Assembly (NCBI GenBank): GCA_002269645.1 | Contig: NIVC01001776.1 | Coordinates: 213,990-277,989, forward strand | Direction of reading: 5' to 3' | Length of the DNA: 64,000 bases | Origin: Macrostomum lignano | Taxonomy: Eukaryota | In this document: one piece after another, positions 55,968 to 64,000 of the stretch | How the letters are laid out: every line of letters starts with the position of its first letter | How positions within the stretch are numbered: position 1 is the stretch's first letter | The notes under the pieces: generated by a model | What the model saw: the letters and a program-made list of their open reading frames with translations, nothing else | What the model was told of the DNA's origin: nothing | Database searches by the model: none | Made by a program: the position numbers and the translations under genes

Positions 55968-58889
55968 ATGACCGAAATACAACAGTCCGATCGCGTCCCG
56001 GAGCTTGACGCACCTCAAACGGCAGTTAGTGACAAGGACAATAAAGGTCATCGGGAAAGCGACAGTTCATCCGAAGCAGCATAAATTGAAGCCAACAGAG
56101 AAGAAAACCTGAGCGGCAACAGTTGGCATCAGGTGGCTGAACTTCACCATCGTTTGCAAAGATTCGCCCAGACTGGCATTGGACGACAAGCCTGTTCAGT
56201 TTGCAACAGCGATGCGTCATCCACTCTAGTCTGGCTGCTGCGTCAGGACGAGCTGCTTGTCAAGAATCCTGTAGCTACAGCTCAGCTGAGCATAGTCGAG
56301 CGAGCGCGAATGACTGCCCGACTGCTGATGCATCAGAGTCCAACGTACGCCTGGCTCAGTTCCCGGATCGCCTCGCCATTCGACAATGACAACCAGACGG
56401 TCAGGCTGGAAGCAAAGTTGAGACACCAACTATTAGACGATGTTCGCGAGTTTTTGGACAGCTTGACGCGTTGCCTGTCAGTTGAGCTGCCAGCAGTATT
56501 TTCCGGCGCCAACGTTGAGCTGATTGGCAGCTGGGCTGATGGCAGCGCTCTAATAGTGCTGGACTCTGAAGCCAAAGCGTCTGAAGACTTCTCGAAAGCT
56601 GATGCCACTGCTTGCTCGATGATGGATTTTGTCTTCTGCCTGCCGCAGTGGCGCAGCACGAATCGGTTGTGCCTCTGCGGACTGAGGCCCAGGGCGCAAG
56701 GTTCCAACGTGTTGGCCGTCGATAGAGGATCGACAACTGGCGCTGGTGACGCCGCGGAGATGACCGACTTTGAGACCAGTGTGCATCAGGTATGTAACAA
56801 AGAAATGCTAACTTTAAGGTTCATAGGGTTGTCAAAGCTCCTGCAATAAGGGTGCCAAAGCTCCTGCAATAAGGGTGCCAAAGCTCCGGCAAGGTGCCAA
56901 AGCTCCTGCAATAAGAGTGCCAAAGCTCCTGCAAGGTGCCAAAGCTCCTGCAATAAGGGTGCCAAAGCTCCTGCAAGGTGCCAAAGCTCCTGCAATAAGG
57001 GTGCCAAAGCTCCTTCAAGACAGTGATAAAACAAAAAATACAAACCACGCGTCAGCAGTGAAATCCGCGGTGTCAAATCAAAACCCTTCCTGCATGGTCC
57101 TTCCCTCCAAAGGCCTGCATCTCGACGATTGAAAGAGCCGTACTTCAGCGAGCAGTTGACCTGTTGAACGGCTTCAATCATTCGAGCCACCCCAAGCTGC
57201 TGCTGCCACCCCAAGCTGACGCTGGCAGAGATTCCACCGACAACGCCAGGCCGAAGTGTGTACAGTTCAAATTCAAGTGGCAATCCGCCAGGGAGACTGC
57301 GGAACCGACAATGAATCAGAAACTGGTGACAGTCAATCTGAGGTTCGGCTTGCCAGTGGTCATCAAGCAGCAGCCGAGCCAGGAAGACGATATGCTTCAT
57401 CAGTCAGACACCTGCGCACTTCATGGACACCTACTATTTGGCTTGAGTCGGCTCAAACTGGTCTGTCTAGCAGCAGAAGAGGCTCACGTACTTAACCAGC
57501 TCGATTCCGGATTGAAAGATGGCCCCGTCAAGCGATTGGTTCGACAGCTGAAGTTCGTGATGGATTTGGGCGACTGGCTGGCCAAGGACTGCGGCGGGTA
57601 TGGCATGAATTGATTATTGCGGATTGTGCACTTGAAAGAGGAAGCGAGGAGCGAGATAGGGGCCAGGAGAGATTATAGGGGAGTTAGAGGAGCGAGATGG
57701 GATCAAGAGGGGGTCAGAGGAACCTGATGTTGATATGTTGATAGGGGTCAGAAGGGGTCATAGAGGAGTCAGAGGAGCCAGATGGGGGTCAGTAGGGGTC
57801 ATAGAGGAGTCAGAGGAGCCAGATGGGGGTCAGTAGGGGTCATAAGAGAGTCTGAGGAGCCAGATGGGGGATCAGTAGGGGTCATAGGGGAGTCTGAGGA
57901 GCCAGATGGGGGGTCAGTAGGGGTCATAGGGGAGTCAGAGGAGCCAGATGGGGGTCAGGAGGGGTCATAAGAGAGTTTGAGGAGCCAGATGGGGGTCAGG
58001 AGGGGTCATAGGGGAGTCAGAGCAGCCAGATGGGGATCAGGAGCGGTCATAGGGGAGTCAGAGCAGCCAGATGGGGATCAGGAGGGGTCATAGGGGAGTC
58101 AGAGCAGCCAGATGGGGATCAGGAGGGTCATAGGGGAGTCAGAGCAGCCAGATGGGGATCAGGAGGGGTCATAGGGAAGTCAGAGCAGCCAGATGGGGAT
58201 CAGGAGGGGTCATAGGGGAGTCAGAGCAGCCAGATGGGGATCAGGAGGGGTCATAGGGGAGTCAGAGCAGCCAGATGGGGGTCAGGAGGGGTCATAGGGG
58301 AGTCAGAGCAGCCAGATGGGGATCAGGAAGGCTTGGCAGTTCCGCAGGCTAATAAACAGCAGCCGTCAGCAGTCTACATGACCCCTCCGCCCCCAATTGC
58401 AGCGGGCATCGCACCGAACCGCGGCAGTCCGCAATCTCCAACTGCTCCGGCTGGGCCGCCCGTCAGGTGACTTCGAAATTCGTCAGCGACCTGTCTGACG
58501 CATTCGAAGCGCGCAACGCCGAGGAACGATTCCTTGAAGGCCTTCGAGCTCTGCGCAGTCGAGCTTCCACCAGCACAGGGGCCAGCGTGGTGCCAGTGTT
58601 CTCGGATGCGGCCAGACTAGCCCAGGTTCTGGTGGACCCCATGCCGTCTGTCACTCGTCAGCTGATTGATTTATTCGAGCTAACAGCGGCCCGAGGAGAG
58701 AGCGAGCCGCTGACCAGCCTAGCAGGGACGCTGCTAGAGAAGGCTCTGGTCTACTACAGGCTCAAGTCTGCTACTGAAGTCGGCCCTATTAAGAACGGCT
58801 CGAATGGAGACCAACTCACGGGATTAGCTGGAGAGATCTGCACCGATTTAAGCCAGCTGCTGCAGAGTAATGAACAGATGACCAACTGA
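55968..58889 (+). CDS. Mab-21/cGAS-like nucleotidyltransferase-fold protein (~597 codons), with in-frame TAA at 56082 (possible pseudogene). Exons 55968-56789, 57113-57597, 58403-58889
   Basis: LIGSWADG..MMDFVF resembles the NTase GS..(E/D)xD motif; VTVNLRFGLP fits the third-acid strand; KRLVRQLKFV fits the Mab-21 helix. Splice phases 0 and 2 are consistent (1794 nt). Family assignment by eye only. Confidence 0.55.
56840..57020. repeat. Minisatellite (gtgccaaagctcctgcaataagg), intron
   Basis: Tandem copies. Confidence 0.9.
57680..58330. repeat. ~42-bp G-rich minisatellite (ggggtcataggggagtcagagcagccagatggggatcaggag), intron
   Basis: Tandem array. Confidence 0.93.
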
Positions 58890-59087
58890 TTATTGCATAT
58901 TTAACATTTGCTACTATTCGAATAATTAACACTTCAGGGAGTTGTCGCTAAATATGCTTTTAAACTACTTAGTAAGTAGTTTTCAGCAATTAGTTTCTAA
59001 AGTTTGGTTCTGAATTCGTCAACAAATTATGTTAAACTAGATAGGAGTGTATCAGAAATGTAACAAAAGTAAGTAAGTACTCCCAGG

Positions 59088-59365
59088 AATAATAATAATA
59101 AAATATGATTGGGCCAGGTTTGCAACCGACAGCTCAGCCGCAGCTATTGCGCGGTGCATCTGAAGGCTGGGGGGGGGGGGGTCGCCACACACACCCCAAT
59201 TACCCCAGCTAATGCTGGCACCCATTTTACGGCTGGGTGAACTGAAGCAATGCAGAGTTAAGCGTCCTGCTCAAGGACATAAATTGTTCCAAGTGAGATC
59301 GGGAAACGAACCTCCGACGTTCAAGTCATGAGACCGACGCTCTAACCACTAGGTTACAACCTCCT
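59088..59365 (-). mobile_element. tRNA-derived CORE-like SINE, copy 2
   Basis: Reverse complement ggttgtaacctagtggttagagcg..tccttgagcaggacgcttaactctgc..cagttcacccagccgtaaaatgggtgccagcattagctggggtaa is colinear with copy 1; ends in (TAT)n tail. Confidence 0.88.
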
Positions 59366-59774
59366 AGGCCTAGGCTATTAATAAAATAGACTACCTTCAA
59401 GAGTTTATAACCCAATGCAGTACCGATAGAATACTTTTTTTATCGAAATTCTTTTAGCATTTTTAATGACTAAATTTTAAATTAAAATCTGTAAAAATTA
59501 AGGATTTGCACACCATACTACTAAGGAAAAGTAGCTAAATTAAAAAGTAGTCTGTTTTATTATTAAGGGTGATAAAAAGTTTAACAGCTCATTCAAAAGC
59601 CACAATAAAAATAGTCGAATTTCGTTCGAAAAAAGTGCAATAAGTTTTCGAATGAAATAATTACATTACTACTGCAAAGTAGTCTAATGCGATAGAATGA
59701 AGGTTTTAAAACTGTAATAAAAACAGCTTATTGAAAAAAATAAGTTACACAGACATTTAATTCAATTATTTGAA

Positions 59775-60325
59775 GAAGAGTGGCACAGAGGAGAGTAGCA
59801 CAGAGGAGAGTGGCACAGGGGAGAGTGGCACAGGGGAGAGTGGCACAGAGGAGAGTGGCACAGGGGAGAGTGGCACAGGGGAGAGTGGCACACGGAGAGT
59901 GGCACAGAGGAGAGTGGCACAGGGGAGAGTGGCACAGGGGAGAGTGGCACACGGAGAGTGGCACAGAGGAGAGTGGCACAGGGGAGAGTGGCACAGGGGA
60001 GAGTGGCACAGGGGAGAGTGGCACAGGGGAGAGTGGCACAGGGGAGAGGGGCACAGGGGAGAGTGGCACAGGGGAGAGTGGCACAGGGGAGAGTGGCACA
60101 GGGGAGAGTGGCACAGGGGAGAGTGGCACAGGGGGAGAGAGGGTGGCACAGGGGGAGAGAGTGGCACAGGTGAGAGAGAGAGTGGCACAGGGGGAGAGAG
60201 GGTGGCACAGGGGGAGAGAGTGGCACAGGTGAGAGAGAGAGTGGCACAGGTGAGAGAGAGAGTGGCACAGGGGGAGAGAGTGGCACAGGGAGAGAGAATG
60301 GCACAGAGAGAGTGGCACAGGGGAA
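59775..60325. repeat. 15-bp minisatellite (gagagtggcacaggg)
   Basis: Tandem array. Confidence 0.96.
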
Positions 60326-60410
60326 TTAGCAAAGCGGAGAGCTGACATTCAGATAAGAAGGCTTCGATCCCATGTCAGAGTAGCAAAGCAGCAGCAGCCC
60401 GAGGCGCAGT

Positions 60411-60954
60411 TCAGAGCGGCCTGAGCTGATCGGCCAACCGTCGCATTCTGGCCAGGTAGCAGAGGCGCATTCTGGCCAGCACCTGGGCGAATTCGCCAGC
60501 ATAAGGGCGCAAATGATCGCGAGCCGCCGTGTATGCCGCCTGTCGGTGGGATAAGCAGCGGATTAGCAGTGGAGTGGTAGCAGGAGAAGCAAAAGAGAAA
60601 GGAAGACAGAAGGCAGTCATCGGTCGCACCTGCAGCGCCAAGCGCCGGCGCCAGAGTTCGGCGCGCCGGTCTACCCTGCCGGCCAGTCTCATGAGGCAGC
60701 GGCTGGCCGCCCATGCCAGCTCCGGGGCAGCCAGCAGCCGCACCCTGTGCGGGCTGGTCTTCACCAGCCGGCGCAACCGCCTGGCGAACGCTCGGCCGGC
60801 GTCGGAGGCATTGACGGCCAGCTCGGTGGCCGGACTGTCCAGCCGGCTGAGCAGCGGCAGCAGCGAGGCGAGCGGCCCGCTGACGATGGCGAACCGTTGG
60901 AGTCGGCGCAGGACGCCGGCAGAGTCCAGGCCGGGGCCGGAGAAGCGGCAGTAG
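60411..60954 (-). CDS. Last two exons (60954-60630, 60539-60411) of an unidentified gene whose upstream exons lie beyond the Gypsy element
   Basis: GC-rich open frame YCRFSGPGLDSAGVLRRL..HRVRLLAAPELAWA..LALQ|AAYTAARDHL..RPL*. Acceptor cctacggcag at 60955; 90-nt GT..AG intron 60629-60540 with polypyrimidine tract. Confidence 0.6.
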
Positions 60955-61017
60955 CTGCCGTAGGATTGAAAAAGCCAATTACTACTTAGCTCGTATAATA
61001 GAAAAGACAGACAAATA

Positions 61018-64000
61018 TGTTGTACTTTGAGGCAGCGTGGCCAAATGAATATTGGTGAGCGTGAGCGTGATTCAGCAAACATCAAACCCCCCACCCGGCC
61101 TAGGTCGGTCTGGGCAGACAGACAAACCCCCCAGCCATCACCCCCTCGAAAAAGCAACGAGAAGCAACGCATGGGGAACACAACAGTCCATAGAGTGCGC
61201 ACAGTAATAAAATTATTCAATTCGCCAATCAACTCGGGCTGAACCGGACCGGAGCTCTTCTTGTTCGGCCGCTTCGTCTCGGCGGAGTCGGCGGCGCCTC
61301 GCTTGCCGGCGGCGCTAGCGCTGTCGCTGGTGTTGGCGCCATCAGAGCACTGAGTCCGGCATCGGTCGTGTCGCTGTCCGCTGACGGTGTACTCGGAATG
61401 CGAACCAGGTTGTCAGAGTGCCATCGCGTGCCGTCGTCTAGCAGCCAGGACTCCGGGCCCAGCCGCCGGGTGATTCTTCGAGTCTCGCCGAGCCTTGTCG
61501 CCAGCTTGTGAGCCGTCTGTGGTCTGCGGACGTGCACGGAGTCGCCAGCCCGCAGTCGCGAAGATCGGGTTCCTCAGCGCCGGTCGGTGGCTAGCCTGGC
61601 CTTCTCCTTGTTGGCCTGGACTCGACGCTCGGTCTCCGATGGCACCGTTGGACTCAGGAGGCGGATGCCTCGACTCCACTGGCTCAGAGGTCCTCGAAAC
61701 GACCGACCGACCATCAGTCAGCCGGCGTCAGGCCCGTGGTTGCATTCGCTGTCGACCGGTAGCATTGCAGGAACTCGCAGATTGCCTCCTTGAAGCTGAT
61801 GCCGTCCTTGAGGTGTGCCTTCATGTTCGAGACGTTCGAGTTTGACTGCGGATGGTACAGCGAGGTCATTGCATGCTGCATACCGTGGCTGGCTAGAAAC
61901 TCCTCGAAGGCGTGGCTGGTGAACTGCGGCCAGTTGTCGGTCACGATCTTGCCTGGCAGTCCCTATCGAGCGAACAGGTCCTTGAGGAAGTCGGCGATGA
62001 CCTCCACCGAAGCCGTAGTCCGAATCTCTGGCCACTTAGAGTGCAGATCAATGGCAACGATTGCAAATCGGCTGCTGGCCGGCGCTTCGTGGATCTCGCC
62101 GAAGATGTCCAGCTGAATCGTGTGCCACGGCTCTTTGGGCCACTCGGTCGTCTGCGCTGGAGCAGCGGGTCGCTTCCACTTCTCCGCCAGGCAGCAGCTG
62201 ACGCAGGACTTGGCCAGATCCTCCAGTTGGGCGTCGATTCCCGGCCACCAGACCGTATCGCGAGCTCGGTGCTTCATCTTGACGATGCCGCAATGTCCCT
62301 GGTGGATCAGCGCTAGTGCAGTGGCGCGCAAACTCTCGGGCACGACCGCGCGGTTTTATGCGAACCAGGAAGTTGCCGACCGTTGAAATCTCGCCTCGGA
62401 GCTTGAAAAAGATTTTCTCCTCATCTGTTGGCGGCTCCTTCCAGTTGGCCTGCAGCTTTGCAGAAACGCTACGGATGAGCGGATCGGCCTGCGAGTGCTT
62501 GTCCAGCAGCTCGGCCGATAGAATCCCGTCTAGCACCTGGTGGATGTCGGCCATCTCGTCGTCGTCATCGCCGTTGTCTGTCGACTCAGGTGGTCGCTCG
62601 AAACGGGACAGGAAGTCTGGCACAACGTTGTCCTTTCCAGGCTTATACTCGACGTTGAAGTTGTACTGCAGGAGCCGGTCGTTTCATCGGTGGATGCGCA
62701 GCGGCTTGTGCCCGGTGCCTTGGGTACACAGCAGTGCCTTGAGAGCCGAATGGTCAGTGCGCAAAGTCAGCCGTCTGCCGTAGGTGTGGATGTGGCAGCG
62801 CTCGAGAGCCCAGATGCACACCAGGGCCTCTTTCTCGCTAGCTGAGTATCTGGACTCCGTTGGCGTCAGTGCTCGCGAGGCTTAGGCCACCGGCTTCTCT
62901 GACTCGCCTACGCCTACGCGTTGAAGCAGCACCGCGCCAAGCGCGAAGTCAGACGCGTCGCACTCAACGATGGTGTCAGCGTTGCAGTCGAAGTGGCTTA
63001 GCACCGGCGGACTCGTCAGCTGTTGCTTGAGCTCGGCGAAAGCAGCGTCGCACTCGCTCGTCCAGTGGAAGACGGTGTCCTTCTTGAGCAGCTCTCGCAA
63101 TGGTCTCGCTGTCTTGGCGAAGTCGTATATGAACTTGGCGAAGTAGTTGACGGTTTCCAGGATTCCCCCAGGAATGAGGAGACGCCCCGTGCTGTCGTCG
63201 GTGCCGGGATGCGGAGCACGTCTTCGATGTTAGACTTGGACGGTCGAACTCCATCGGCTGAGATCCTGCAGCCCAAGAACACGATCTCCGGGACGCCGAT
63301 CTGGCATATCTCCTTGTTCAGCGTCAGCCCGTTTTCGTTGAGACGTTCGAGAACTGCCTGAAGCCGCTTGCCGTGCTCGTCCGAGTTGACGCCGTGAATG
63401 ACGATGTCATCCACTGAGTGCCGGACACCCTTGATGTCGGCCAGAACGGTTGACAGGATTTTCTGGAAACAGGCGCCGGAACTGGACATGCTGAACGGGA
63501 CCCTCGTGAACTGGTAGAGCCCGCAGTGAGTGATGAAAGCGGTCAGCTGCCTACTGCCGGGGTGCAGCGGGATCTGCAGGAAGCTTTGCTTCAGGTCCAG
63601 CTTGCTGAAGATCTGCGCGCCTGCAAACTCTGCGGCCAGCTCCTTCTGGGTCGGCCCGGGAAAATTATCCGGGTTGATCGCTTGGTTGCAGTTGCGCAGA
63701 TCAACACACAGTCGCAGGTCGCCATTCTTCTTCTTGAATACGACTAGATTGGACACCCAGGGAGAGGCATCGATCTTCTCGATGACACCTGCGGTTTCCA
63801 TCTTGCTTATCTCGTCCTTCACGCGGTCCTGAAGTGCTAGCGGCACCCGGAGCAGCGGCTCAACCATCGGTGTCGCATCCTGGCGCAGCTGTGGTCGATG
63901 GCAAAACTTCTTGGCCATACCGATACCGTCGAAGATTCCCGGGAACTCTCCAGCGATATCATCGATGCTTCTGATTGCGTTGACTCGGATTGAGAATCCC
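61018..64000 (-). mobile_element. Ty3/Gypsy (Mag-like) LTR retrotransposon, pol region multiply frameshifted, 5' part beyond window; putative short 3' LTR ~61140-61018
   Basis: RT (DASPWVSNLV, LRLCVDLR, SKLDLKQSF, SVDD), RNase H (VECDAS), integrase (HQGHCG..C..C, IQLDIF, TDNWPQF), C-terminal RRSGRTRRAPVRF. Purine tract gaggggg then TG..acaaca. Confidence 0.93.

Overview
Eukaryotic (metazoan) genomic DNA. GC-rich exons full of poly-Ala/Gln/His tracts and introns packed with minisatellites suggest a free-living flatworm such as Macrostomum (inference). Genes, left to right: the 3' part of a retinoblastoma-family gene (+, 5 exons); a RING-CH/MARCH-like two-TM E3 ligase (+); a calmodulin gene (+) of about 17 kb with an ATG-only first coding exon and TWO near-duplicate terminal exons (EFVKMMTTK and EFVTMMTTK); a single-exon FoxA gene (+); a Pumilio gene (-, 5 exons, canonical 8-repeat PUM-HD); a U4 snRNA gene (-); a Mab-21/cGAS-like NTase-fold gene with one premature stop (+); and the last two exons of an unidentified gene (-). 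Mobile elements: a full-length, very young BEL/Pao LTR retrotransposon in calmodulin intron 2 (280-bp LTRs, tRNA-Lys PBS, 5-bp TSD), a Helitron/Helentron-like composite and a possible hAT shell in calmodulin intron 1, two tRNA-derived CORE-type SINEs, and a frameshifted Ty3/Gypsy element at the right end. About 30 tandem arrays are present, and almost every intron contains its own array. Most of the long ORFs in the supplied track are translations of these arrays, not genes. Several 1-bp indels in conserved coding exons point to long-read consensus errors. All alignments were done by eye from remembered reference sequences; no searches were run.
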